The notes beneath the pieces were generated by a model. That model ran no database searches. It was not told where the DNA came from and was given only the letters and a program-made list of their open reading frames with translations. A program made the position numbers and the translations under genes. 64,000 nt of DNA from Candidatus Kaiserbacteria bacterium (lineage in GTDB: Bacteria > Patescibacteriota > Minisyncoccia > Phycocordibacterales > UBA2100): the NCBI GenBank assembly GCA_021413775.1, contig JAIOPS010000021.1, positions 5,014 to 69,013 on the forward strand, written 5' to 3'. Every line of letters begins with the position of its first letter. Position 1 is the stretch's first letter. Positions 1-9,001 of the stretch are shown here, in pieces.

Positions 1-676
1 GGACGGCAACCGTATGGGCGTTGTAATTACCCGTCGCACCGCCCCACTTCACGAGCACAGAGCTGTTTTTCAGGGCATTCGCCTGCCTTTCCAAACGGTT
101 GACGAAGACTCTCATCTCCTTCCCGAACGTCGTCGGTGATGCGCTCTGCCCGTGAGTCCGTGCCAACATCGGTGTATCCGCGTAGCTTTTTGCCATACCG
201 GCAATTCCTCCGGCTACGCTTTGAAGAGCGGGCAAGACAGCTTCTTCAACCGCAGCCCGAAGCGAGAGCGCATGTGCGACACTGTTGATGTCTTCCGATG
301 TCAGCGCAAAGTGCACGGATTCTGAGACATCGGCAAGAGAAGTGCCGGCGAGTTGTTTCTTTATAAAATACTCGATTGCCTTCACGTCGTGGTTCGTCGC
401 GGGAATACCCTCGTACCCCTCACGCTCAATCAGCTTTATCGTTCGTGCGCTCTCGATGGTTATTTCAGGCAGCGTGCGCAGTACCGCTTTTTCCGCGCCA
501 GAAAGTTCGCGGACACCCGAGCCGTCCGCTTCCGAAAGTGCGATGAGGTATTCACACTCGGCGACGAAGCGCATTCTCATAAGACCGTATTCACTGAAGT
601 ACGCTCCCAGTTCTTTCGATGCGTCGCGGTAACGGCCGTCAACGGAGCTCACTGCGGTCAATGGTTCAAGAGGCAT
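1..676 (-). CDS. purB: adenylosuccinate lyase (N-terminal part; C-terminus lies beyond window start)
   Basis: Manual minus-strand translation from ATG at 676: MPLEPLTAVSSVDGRYRD...YFSEYGLMRMRFVAECEYL...TSEDINS...ARTHGQSASPTTFGKEM, near-colinear with E. coli PurB N-terminus (MELSSLTAVSPVDGRYGDK..SEYGLLKFRV) and the ARTHGQPA..PTT motif. Open to position 1. Start overlaps purC stop by 11 nt. Not in the ORF track because no in-window stop. Confidence 0.85.
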   Translation of the reverse strand, partial: MPLEPLTAVSSVDGRYRDASKELGAYFSEYGLMRMRFVAECEYLIALSEADGSGVRELSGAEKAVLRTLPEITIESARTIKLIEREGYEGIPATNHDVKAIEYFIKKQLAGTSLADVSESVHFALTSEDINSVAHALSLRAAVEEAVLPALQSVAGGIAGMAKSYADTPMLARTHGQSASPTTFGKEMRVFVNRLERQANALKNSSVLVKWGGATGNYNAHTVAV

Positions 677-1598
677 ACTGTTTCAAGTTCTTCTCTATGC
701 GCGGAATAATCGGCGTCTCTCCTTTTACAAAAGTCTCTCCCGTAATCTGTTCATACATCTGAATGTACCGCCGTGAAAGCTCATCCACAAGGTCCTGCGG
801 CGCGTCCGGAAGCGTCGCGTCTTTGTACGGGTCGCAGTTTTCCTTAAACCAGAGGCGGAGAAACTCTTTGTCGAAGTACTGCGGCTCCTCTCCTTTCGCA
901 AAACGCTCCTCGTACGAATCGAGTTGCCAGTAGCGCGATGAATCGGGAGTATGAATTTCATCTATGAGCGCGAGTTTCCCCGCGCTGTCGAGACCGAACT
1001 CGTACTTCGTATCCACAAGAATCAGGCCTCTCGATGCCGCGATTTCCTGGCCGCGGAGAAAGAGCGCCGTCGCGACTGCTTTCACGTCGGCAAAAAGTTC
1101 CGGCGTAACAAACCCTTCCGCTATCATCTCCTCAGAGCTCAAGGCTCTGTCATGTGTATCTTCTTTCGTGGTCGGGTCAAAAATCGGCTCGGGCAACTTC
1201 GAGTTTTTGCGCATACCATCGGGCAGGGTCAGACCGCCGAACGTTCTCTGACCGTTTGAGTACCGCGACCAAATAGACGTGTCGGTGACCCCGGTGAGAT
1301 AGCCCCGCATGACCGCCTCGATTGAAACCGTCCTGTATTTCCGGGCCACGGTAACATTCGGATCCGGCACGGCGACCACCTGGTTTTGAACGATGTCCTT
1401 GGTCTTTTCAAACCACCACGCACTTATCTGGTTGAGCACCTGCCCTTTCCACGGGATGTGCGCGATGATGCGGTCGAAGGAAGAATGCCGGTCCGTTGTA
1501 ACCAGCAGCAGGGTGTCGCCCAGGTCGTAAATATCACGCACCTTTCCCGTTTTTTTTGTACCAAGATTTTTAAAATCCGTTTCTTTCAAAATATCCAT
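666..1598 (-). CDS. purC: SAICAR synthetase (long, eukaryote-like form)
   Basis: ORF 666..1721; internal Met MDILKETDF... at 1598 avoids overlap with upstream purM. KVRDIYDLGD..LLLVTTDRHSSFDR..LILVDTKYEFGL motifs. pur operon context. Confidence 0.85.
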   Translation of the reverse strand: MDILKETDFKNLGTKKTGKVRDIYDLGDTLLLVTTDRHSSFDRIIAHIPWKGQVLNQISAWWFEKTKDIVQNQVVAVPDPNVTVARKYRTVSIEAVMRGYLTGVTDTSIWSRYSNGQRTFGGLTLPDGMRKNSKLPEPIFDPTTKEDTHDRALSSEEMIAEGFVTPELFADVKAVATALFLRGQEIAASRGLILVDTKYEFGLDSAGKLALIDEIHTPDSSRYWQLDSYEERFAKGEEPQYFDKEFLRLWFKENCDPYKDATLPDAPQDLVDELSRRYIQMYEQITGETFVKGETPIIPRIEKNLKQYAS

Positions 1599-1605
1599 AT
1601 ACGTT

Positions 1606-2724
1606 TCATTCTCCGGGAGGCGGGAGTGTAATGCTTTCGGGCTCGAAGACGACCTGTCGCTCGCCCTCTTCCACCTGCCCCACTTCAAGCAGGTCGTATC
1701 CCGCCGCACGGCCGAGCTCAAGAGTCTTGGTCACTTCGCTTCTCGGCAGAAATATATAGTATCCCACTCCCCAGTTGAACGTCTTCAGACAATCCTCGAG
1801 CGACACACCGATTGAGCGCATAAATTGCATAAGCGGAGGCACGTTCGTCCACGTGTGAATGCGGTATGTTGCGGGGCGATTATCGAATGCAATTTTCGAA
1901 ACACCGCTCCCGGTGCCGGGCAGAAGTGCATGAATGCCGACGCCGTTATCCAGCAGTGTCTCAACGAGATTCACGTAGGAGCGGGTCGGAATGAGCGTCT
2001 CTGCTCCGAGCGTAGTGCCACCCGGCAACTTCGTCATAAACTTTTCCGGCAACTCAAGCGCTTTCTTGATGACGAGTGAGATACCGTTGGCGTGTACGCC
2101 CGAGGACGCAACTCCGATAATGGCATCGCCGATTGCGAGATTCTTCCCGGTGATAAGACGTGATGTCGGTGCAATGATGGCCGTAACACAGCCGGACAGA
2201 GACGGCGCACTTTTGACCGGCGGCTCCGCTTTCACGAGATATTTCAATGCGGGTGATTCCCCCGCTGGTAGCGCCATGCCCGCCTCTTTGCAGACCTGCA
2301 GAAATCCGCGGGCGAGGTCCTCGGCTCGTTTCTCATCCGCAAACCACTCTGAATCCCCAGCTGCAACCTCGTCGGTATACACGACAGGCATCGCACCCTG
2401 CGCTATGACATCATTCACCGCCATGAGCGCGGCATCAATCGCGATTGCGTCGTAGTACGTCTTGCCCTCGCCCGAGAACTGGTACATCCATTCGGCTATC
2501 CAGTTCTTATTTCCGAGTCCCTCCTGCGTGTTGCACCACATATGCTTCTCGGTGCCGCGGTATTCGAAAACTCCGCCGTGTGCATGCAGAACATCGCTGT
2601 TGATGAACACGTCGCGTTTATTCGGGAACGTTATCGTCTGCCTTCCCGCCGCAATCATCGCGTGCTTGAAGGGTTCGATTTTCGTGTAATCTACTCCCGC
2701 TTGTGCGTACGCGCTTTTTTTCAT
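1606..2724 (-). CDS. purM: AIR synthetase-like (PurM family, archaeal/eukaryote-like sequence)
   Basis: 372 aa; N-terminal AGVDY motif; PurM-like N/C domain layout; sits between purE and purC in the operon. Confidence 0.7.
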   Translation of the reverse strand: MKKSAYAQAGVDYTKIEPFKHAMIAAGRQTITFPNKRDVFINSDVLHAHGGVFEYRGTEKHMWCNTQEGLGNKNWIAEWMYQFSGEGKTYYDAIAIDAALMAVNDVIAQGAMPVVYTDEVAAGDSEWFADEKRAEDLARGFLQVCKEAGMALPAGESPALKYLVKAEPPVKSAPSLSGCVTAIIAPTSRLITGKNLAIGDAIIGVASSGVHANGISLVIKKALELPEKFMTKLPGGTTLGAETLIPTRSYVNLVETLLDNGVGIHALLPGTGSGVSKIAFDNRPATYRIHTWTNVPPLMQFMRSIGVSLEDCLKTFNWGVGYYIFLPRSEVTKTLELGRAAGYDLLEVGQVEEGERQVVFEPESITLPPPGE

Positions 2725-3248
2725 ATGAGGTCGCTTTCCTCCAGATATTTTTTAAAGCCCTGCTCCTCCAATTTTTCCGCCTTCTTCAGTACCTCGTCGC
2801 GTATGGAATCTTTGTACGTACGGACTCTCTCCCCGACTGCGTCATCAAACGCGCCGATTATCTCCGCAGCAAGAATGCCGGCGTTCTTCGCACCATTGAT
2901 GGCCACCGTAGCCACAGGTACGCCCGGCGGCATCTGCACAATCGAGAGCAGTGAATCCATACCCTTGAGTGCTTTCGACTGAACAGGAACACCGATAACC
3001 GGGAGCGATGTCTGTGCGGCGACCATGCCGGGTAAATGCGCTGCGCCTCCTGCTCCCGCAATAATGACTTTGAGTCCTCGGCCGTGCGCCTCTTTTGCGT
3101 ACTCGACGAGCCTCTCGGGCGTGCGATGCGCGGAAACTATCGTCACTTCATTCGTGACACCGAGGTCATTCAGAATCGCCGCAGCATCCTGCATGACCGG
3201 CAAATCAGAATCCGAGCCCATGATGATACCTACGAGAGAAGTACTCAT
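2721..3248 (-). CDS. purE: N5-carboxyaminoimidazole ribonucleotide mutase
   Basis: 175 aa; [40 protein letters not shown] motifs typical of PurE. Confidence 0.9.
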   Translation of the reverse strand: MSTSLVGIIMGSDSDLPVMQDAAAILNDLGVTNEVTIVSAHRTPERLVEYAKEAHGRGLKVIIAGAGGAAHLPGMVAAQTSLPVIGVPVQSKALKGMDSLLSIVQMPPGVPVATVAINGAKNAGILAAEIIGAFDDAVGERVRTYKDSIRDEVLKKAEKLEEQGFKKYLEESDLI

Positions 3249-3613
3249 ATAAAGTAACGCGTATCGTCATTCCTATCTATGAGGTCGTGTGCCTTTCTCA
3301 TTTCGTCGGGCGTGTAAATATATATAATTTCAAACTTGCCCGATGTTGTCCGATCGCTGTTGTGCACCACTTCAACCACATGTATCAGACCCCAATAAAT
3401 CCATTTTCCGTTCTTATTCTCGACCAGGAAATTCCGTACCGGCGGCGATTGGTAAACACGTATGTTCGGCTTGTTTGTAAACTCGAATACCCTTCCTGTA
3501 AAACTTTCTGCAGCATAGGGATTCAGGAGATGGCTCTCGATGTCCAACTCAGAAGGAAAACCCTGCTCTTTGGTTATTTGCAACGTATCGTTGATTTCTA
3601 TGAGACTTCCCAT
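3245..3613 (-). CDS. hypothetical protein (conspicuously lower-GC insert inside the pur operon)
   Basis: 122-aa ORF with 4-nt overlaps to purE and purK; AT-rich codon usage unlike its neighbours; no family recognised by eye. Confidence 0.4.
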   Translation of the reverse strand: MGSLIEINDTLQITKEQGFPSELDIESHLLNPYAAESFTGRVFEFTNKPNIRVYQSPPVRNFLVENKNGKWIYWGLIHVVEVVHNSDRTTSGKFEIIYIYTPDEMRKAHDLIDRNDDTRYFI

Positions 3614-3614
3614 A

Positions 3615-4715
3615 TCAGATAGTTATTATGTCTCTCGCTTTTAGAGCACTTCCTTTTGCCTGATCGAGCGTGTCGGCCACAGCTGTAATGTGCCCCATCT
3701 TTCGCTGTTTCCGAGTCTCCATCTTACCGTATATGTGAACTTTTACACCCGGTATTTTTTCCGCTTCCTCCACACCTTTCGGTTCGGCGGGTCCGTTACG
3801 TTCTCCGAGAATATTTATCATGACGGCGGCCGGCGCTGCCATCGCGGTATCGCCCAGAGGCATCCCTGTAATCGCACGGATATGCTGTTCAAATTGCGAT
3901 GTCACAGCCCCCTCAATCGTCCAATGGCCGGAATTGTGCACGCGCGGCGCAACCTCGTTGACTACGACCTCATCGCCCGACAAAAACATCTCTATCGCAA
4001 ATACCCCCGCTCCTTCAAATGAAGCGAGTACGGAGTGCGCCAGATGCTCGGCTTTATCCGCAATTTTTTTGTCGACTTGTGCGGGGGCGATGACGGTATC
4101 GCAGATATGGTCCTTGTGGATAGTCTCGACGACCGGATAGAGGCGAATTTCTCCCGAAGCCGTGCGTGCGGCAACGACTGCGAGCTCCTTATCGAATCTG
4201 ACGAAGCCCTCCGCATACGCCGGGACGTTTCCGATTTTTCCGAGTGCCTCCGCAAGAGCAGAAACGTCGGCAACCGTCGCATTGCCGCGACCGTCAAAAC
4301 CTCCCGAGCGAGCCTTGAGAACGTACGGGTATCCGAGGCTTTCCGCGTCCTGCGGTTCGCAAAACGGTGCGACCGCAATACCGTGTTCTTTGAGAAATTC
4401 CTTCTGGCGCAACTTATCTTTGATGATTGCGAGCGTGCGGGGTGTCGGATGGACAGGAAAACCTTCCACCGCCAGCTGCTGGAGCGCCTCGGCATTCACC
4501 GATTCTATTTCGTAGGTCAACACATCGGATTTCCCGGCAAGCGCGCGTATCATCGTCGCGTCCTTGTAGTCTCCTTCTATCTGTTCGTCCGAAACCTGAC
4601 CTGCCGGCCCGCGCGATTCAGGGTCGAGGGTGACGACTCTCAGACCGAGGCGATGCGCAGCATCCGCAAGCATCCGTCCGAGTTGTCCGCCGCCGGCGAT
4701 GCCCACTGTTTTCAT
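3615..4715 (-). CDS. purK: N5-CAIR synthetase (ATP-grasp)
   Basis: 366 aa; MKTVGIAGGGQLGRM N-terminus; ATP-grasp core; adjacent to purE. Confidence 0.85.
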   Translation of the reverse strand: MKTVGIAGGGQLGRMLADAAHRLGLRVVTLDPESRGPAGQVSDEQIEGDYKDATMIRALAGKSDVLTYEIESVNAEALQQLAVEGFPVHPTPRTLAIIKDKLRQKEFLKEHGIAVAPFCEPQDAESLGYPYVLKARSGGFDGRGNATVADVSALAEALGKIGNVPAYAEGFVRFDKELAVVAARTASGEIRLYPVVETIHKDHICDTVIAPAQVDKKIADKAEHLAHSVLASFEGAGVFAIEMFLSGDEVVVNEVAPRVHNSGHWTIEGAVTSQFEQHIRAITGMPLGDTAMAAPAAVMINILGERNGPAEPKGVEEAEKIPGVKVHIYGKMETRKQRKMGHITAVADTLDQAKGSALKARDIITI

Positions 4716-5242
4716 AGACGCGAAAGTATAAAATCCGCCCTCTCCGGTACCGGGAGAACCGGCACGGAAATAATGTCGTAGCCGAGTTCTGTATAGGCTG
4801 TGCGAATCGCCTCATGTATCTCCCGTGCCTGTTCGGGTGTCTCTGTCCGTGCTTCGTCCGCCTGAAAGTCGACGAGGTCGAGCAAGAAGACCGCCCGGTA
4901 CTTCGACGCATTGAGCATCTCTGTAAAGGCTTGGCGGATGGGTTCGTTATTCAGACGGAAGTAGGCGACAGAGTCCGGCACGCCGCGGTCGAAGAAAAAT
5001 GTCTCTTCAGGCGGCACTGCGCGTTCCATATTGTATTTGCGCTCCGCTATCCGGAAGAGCCAATCGTCGGTCGCACGAATCTGTTCGATAGTGAGACCCA
5101 GGGCCAGCTCCTCCTCGAAAAAGAGCCTCGCGGCCTCCGGAAGAATATTGTGCCCTCGCTTCTCCAATTCGTTCACAAGCGTTGTTTTACCCGCGCACGG
5201 ACCGCCCGTGAGTACGTACCAGGGCGGAGTTATTGCGTTCAT
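4712..5242 (-). CDS. P-loop NTPase, AAA_28-like (NadR-C-terminal/nucleoside-kinase-like ATPase)
   Basis: 176 aa; Walker A GGPCAGKTT near N-terminus; Walker-B-like FLLDLVD; 4-nt overlaps with purK and purQ, so clearly part of the pur transcription unit. Confidence 0.6.
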   Translation of the reverse strand: MNAITPPWYVLTGGPCAGKTTLVNELEKRGHNILPEAARLFFEEELALGLTIEQIRATDDWLFRIAERKYNMERAVPPEETFFFDRGVPDSVAYFRLNNEPIRQAFTEMLNASKYRAVFLLDLVDFQADEARTETPEQAREIHEAIRTAYTELGYDIISVPVLPVPERADFILSRL

Positions 5243-6015
5243 GAGAAGTACTCTACCGCATTTTTAAACATCGTAAGACCGGGACCATCTTTCGGTACAT
5301 CGGCACCGTCGCGCACGTACTCCTCGCGCAAGTACGTCCAATGCGGAAGTTCAGTGAAGCGTACTGCGCGCTCGGGATGCGGCATGAGCCCCAGGCAACG
5401 GCCGCCGTATCCGGTGATGCCTGCGATGTTCTCCATCGAACCGTTCGGATTCGCCGGTTGATTAAAATACTTCGCCGTCTCCCCCTCCACGTACCTGAGC
5501 GCAACGCCGTTCTGTGCTTTCAGTTCTGTGAAAACCTTCTCCGGCGCATAGTATTTGCCCTCTCCGTGCGCAATCGGCACGGACATCTCTGTTATTCCGC
5601 GAAGCCACGGGCTGTCATTTTGCACCTCGACGTCAACCCAGCGGCAGGTGTACCGGGCGTTGTCGTTGGCGATGAGCGCACCGGGCAAAATACCTGCGCT
5701 CGTGATGATTTGAAATCCGTTGCATACGCCGAGCATCAGCGTATCGCGGGAGAGGAACTTTTCGAGATGTTCTCCGAGATGCTGTGTGACGCGGTTGCCG
5801 TACGCTTTACCTGAGCCGGTGTCATCACCGTATGAAAATCCCCCCGGAAAAACAACGATGTGCGCCTGCGTCAGTATTTTCGGTCGCGCAATAACATCAT
5901 TGATGTGCACGACATCAGCGGTGCCTCCCGCTTTTTCAAATGCCGACTTTGTTTCGTCTTCCGTATTGAGTCCGTATCCGGAGAATATGAGTGCGTGCGG
6001 TTTCATACTTGCCAA
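5239..6015 (-). CDS. purQ: FGAM synthase, glutamine amidotransferase subunit
   Basis: 258 aa; GVCNGFQ catalytic Cys motif; ..MPHPER.. His/Glu motif; true start may be MKPH at 6006 to abut purL stop. Confidence 0.85.
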   Translation of the reverse strand: MASMKPHALIFSGYGLNTEDETKSAFEKAGGTADVVHINDVIARPKILTQAHIVVFPGGFSYGDDTGSGKAYGNRVTQHLGEHLEKFLSRDTLMLGVCNGFQIITSAGILPGALIANDNARYTCRWVDVEVQNDSPWLRGITEMSVPIAHGEGKYYAPEKVFTELKAQNGVALRYVEGETAKYFNQPANPNGSMENIAGITGYGGRCLGLMPHPERAVRFTELPHWTYLREEYVRDGADVPKDGPGLTMFKNAVEYFS

Positions 6016-8948
6016 TTCTTAAATGTTGAACGATGGCTCTCCGTAAGCCGCGCGACCGGCTCGTCTATGCGCTCTCCGGGTACATCCACGCGCAGAGTCC
6101 CCGTGTCCGTAACGTCGCCGATGCAGGTAAAGGAAAGTCCCTTGAACAATCGCTCGAACTTCTGCTCTTCGCCGGGGCGCACCGTGGCAAGCACTCGCCC
6201 CTGGCTTTCGGAAAAAAGAATGCTGTCGGCGGACTTTGCCTTGCCCGGAATCTTGCGGAGGTTCACGCGTGCGCCAAGCTGTCCGCCGATGGCGGACTTG
6301 GCGAGCGCTGCGGCCACGCCTCCTCGTCCCACCGGTGTTACGGAAGCAGGGTGCCCTGCCCGTATCGCGCGCGCGAGTGCCGTGTAGAGTCGTGCATTCT
6401 TTTTCGCGTGGACCTGCGGCACTGCACGACCGACGCCGGAGAGCAGCGAGAAGTATTCCGAGGCACCGAGCTCGTCGTCGGTGTCCCCCAGAAGGTAGAT
6501 GCGGTCACCCGGCATTTTAAAATCAACGGTCTGCGCGACCGAAGCATCATCCACGACTCCTATCGCGGAAATAAGCAACGTCGGCGGTGCCGCGATGTGA
6601 ATCGCCTCTCCTTTCGCGGTGTAGCCGCGGAAGTCGTTGAACATACTGTCTTTACCGGATATGTACGGCGTCCCGTATGCGACAGCCGTATCGTAGACGG
6701 CTTCAGCGGCTCTTTTCAATTCATACAATCGCTCCGGGGTGTTGGAGCTCGACCAGCAGAAGTTGTCGAGAATCGCCAGATACTCGAGCGAGGCTCCCGC
6801 GCACACCGCATTACGGACGGCGGTATCGATAGAGCACGCCGCCATGGCATACGTATCAACATCCGAGTACCAGGGCGCGAACCCGTGCGAGAGCACGACG
6901 CCTTTCTGCGAGCCGTGCACCGGCTGTATCACGCCCGCATCGACTCCCACGCGGCCCCGTCCCTGAAGCGGCTTTGTTACGGATGAACCCTGCACTTCGT
7001 GGTCGTACTGGGAGGAGATGAACGAGGTGGAGGCGATGTTCGGGCGCGCCAGGAGCTCATGAAGTACAGCACCGAGAGGTTTCGAGCGCGATGCTTTCGT
7101 GGGCTCCGTGTGACTTCTGACGGGCTTTCTGCTCTTCTGCACGCCGACAGGACGGCCGTCATGCAGGAAGTCCATATCGATATCCATTATTTTCCTGCCC
7201 TTGTATCTCACGACGCAGCGGTCGGAATCGGTGAACGTACCGATGACAGTCGCCTCGACATCGTGCCGGTCGAATATCTTTTTCAAGGTTTTCCAATTCT
7301 TTTTCGGAACCGCGAGCGTCATGCGCTCCTGCGATTCGGAAATCCAAATCTGCCACGGCGAAAGCCCGGGATATTTCAAGGGAACCTTCTCGATATCCAC
7401 AATGCAGCCGCCGCACTCCTTTGCCATTTCCGCTACCGAGCATGAGATACCGCCTGCGCCATTGTCGGTGATGCTCGAGTACAGGCCGGAATCCCGGGCT
7501 TCACGAACGATTGCATCCGACATCTTCTTTTGCGTAATGGGGTCTCCGATTTGCACGGCAGTCGCGGGAGAACCCGAGGAAAGCGACTCCGACGAGAACG
7601 TTGCACCGTGGATACCGTCGAGCCCGACCCGGCCTCCTGCCATAACCACATAGTCCCCCGCCTGTGCTTTTTTTGTGTAAAGTTTTCTGCCTTTGAGCGC
7701 ACGCGGAATGAGTCCGACCGTACCCGCGAAGACGAGCGGCTTGCCGCGGTAGCGCGAATCCACTGCAACGAAGCCGAGCGGCGTCGGAATACCGCTCTGA
7801 TTGCCGCCGTGATTGATACCCTTTACGACTCCCTCAAGAATGCGACGGGACGGCAGGAGCGGTTGCTGCTTTTGTTTATCACGATAGAGCTTCGTGGTGT
7901 CCACCGGATCCGCGACACAGAATCCGTACACGTTTGCAATCGGCTTTGCGCCCATTCCGAATCCGAGACAGTCGCGGTTCACGCCGACAATCCCGGTAAT
8001 TGCGCCTCCGAACGGGTCGAGCGCCGACGGAGAATTGTGTGTCTCCACCTTGTGCGTCACGAGGTACTGCTCATCGAACGCGATGCCGCCGGAATTGTCT
8101 TTGAAAACGGAGACACAGAAGTCCTTCTTTCCCTTTTGCTTGCGGATCTTTTCGGTAGCTCCTTTTATGTATTTGCGGTAAATGCCCTCACGCACCTCGT
8201 CGAGCGGGTCGGCAAAAATCGTATGCTTGCAGTGTTCGGACCACGTCTGGGCGAGAGATTCAATTTCGATGTCACGCGGATTTCTCCCCAACCCGCGGAA
8301 GTATTTCTGGATAACTTTCATGGATTCCAGCGAGAGTGCGAGCGGACCACGACGCGTCCCGTCTTTGTCCGCGATGCCGGACTTCCCGATAGCCGTCAAA
8401 GCCTCATCCGAAATGTCGAGGTTTACTTCGTCGGCCCGCTGCTCCTCGTGGAGTCGTACTTTCGGCACGGTGACGGGGATTCCTGTGCGCGCCGGAACCA
8501 CCGTCGCTCGCTCTATGAGCGGATTAAACAACTCCTGTGACATCGCCTCCGCCTCCTTCTGCGAAAGCGCGCCGCTGAAAAAAAGTACGAGCGAGCTGTA
8601 TACCGCCTCACCCTCCTTGAACACATAGCCCGTCGCATCTTCTATGGTTTCTTGCGCAGTCCGTCCTACGTTGTCGGTCACTCCGGGAAGAAATCCGATT
8701 TCAACAGTAAAGGCGGCGCCCGGTGGCACCGGTATTGTGCCGAGAGCGTACGCTTCAGTCGTCGGATTCGTGAAATGCTTTGCGGCTGTTTTCAAATTCG
8801 CCGCGCTGAGTTTTGCGTCCACGGTATACGCGGCGGCGATATGAACGCCGGTGAGTTTCGTTTTCGGGAAGAGGCCCGTGAGTGTCCGGAGAAAGCCTTT
8901 CGCGCGCGCGTCATCGACGGTTGAGAAGACGGTTATGCGCTCTGCCAT
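6003..8948 (-). CDS. purL: FGAM synthase large subunit with N-terminal PurS-like extension (purS-purL fusion)
   Basis: 981 aa, intermediate between small PurL (~740) and large PurL (~1300). N-terminal ~190 aa resembles PurS module(s). Body carries PurL AIRS-like repeats (SPSALDPFGGA, DNGAGG). Confidence 0.9.
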   Translation of the reverse strand: MAERITVFSTVDDARAKGFLRTLTGLFPKTKLTGVHIAAAYTVDAKLSAANLKTAAKHFTNPTTEAYALGTIPVPPGAAFTVEIGFLPGVTDNVGRTAQETIEDATGYVFKEGEAVYSSLVLFFSGALSQKEAEAMSQELFNPLIERATVVPARTGIPVTVPKVRLHEEQRADEVNLDISDEALTAIGKSGIADKDGTRRGPLALSLESMKVIQKYFRGLGRNPRDIEIESLAQTWSEHCKHTIFADPLDEVREGIYRKYIKGATEKIRKQKGKKDFCVSVFKDNSGGIAFDEQYLVTHKVETHNSPSALDPFGGAITGIVGVNRDCLGFGMGAKPIANVYGFCVADPVDTTKLYRDKQKQQPLLPSRRILEGVVKGINHGGNQSGIPTPLGFVAVDSRYRGKPLVFAGTVGLIPRALKGRKLYTKKAQAGDYVVMAGGRVGLDGIHGATFSSESLSSGSPATAVQIGDPITQKKMSDAIVREARDSGLYSSITDNGAGGISCSVAEMAKECGGCIVDIEKVPLKYPGLSPWQIWISESQERMTLAVPKKNWKTLKKIFDRHDVEATVIGTFTDSDRCVVRYKGRKIMDIDMDFLHDGRPVGVQKSRKPVRSHTEPTKASRSKPLGAVLHELLARPNIASTSFISSQYDHEVQGSSVTKPLQGRGRVGVDAGVIQPVHGSQKGVVLSHGFAPWYSDVDTYAMAACSIDTAVRNAVCAGASLEYLAILDNFCWSSSNTPERLYELKRAAEAVYDTAVAYGTPYISGKDSMFNDFRGYTAKGEAIHIAAPPTLLISAIGVVDDASVAQTVDFKMPGDRIYLLGDTDDELGASEYFSLLSGVGRAVPQVHAKKNARLYTALARAIRAGHPASVTPVGRGGVAAALAKSAIGGQLGARVNLRKIPGKAKSADSILFSESQGRVLATVRPGEEQKFERLFKGLSFTCIGDVTDTGTLRVDVPGERIDEPVARLTESHRSTFKNWQV

Positions 8949-9001
8949 GCGGGCATCATACCGCAGTCGCTAAATCAGCCAACTGTGGGTATATTTGCCC
9001 C

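Noticed and set aside
285-709. Plus-strand ORFs 285..632 and 353..709 in the first 700 nt
   Set aside because: Minus strand here encodes an unmistakable PurB N-terminus (open to position 1); the plus-strand ORFs are antisense shadows with non-protein-like composition.
8949-9001. Possible purine riboswitch upstream of the pur operon
   Set aside because: Only 53 nt between divergent start codons; no aptamer-sized sequence.
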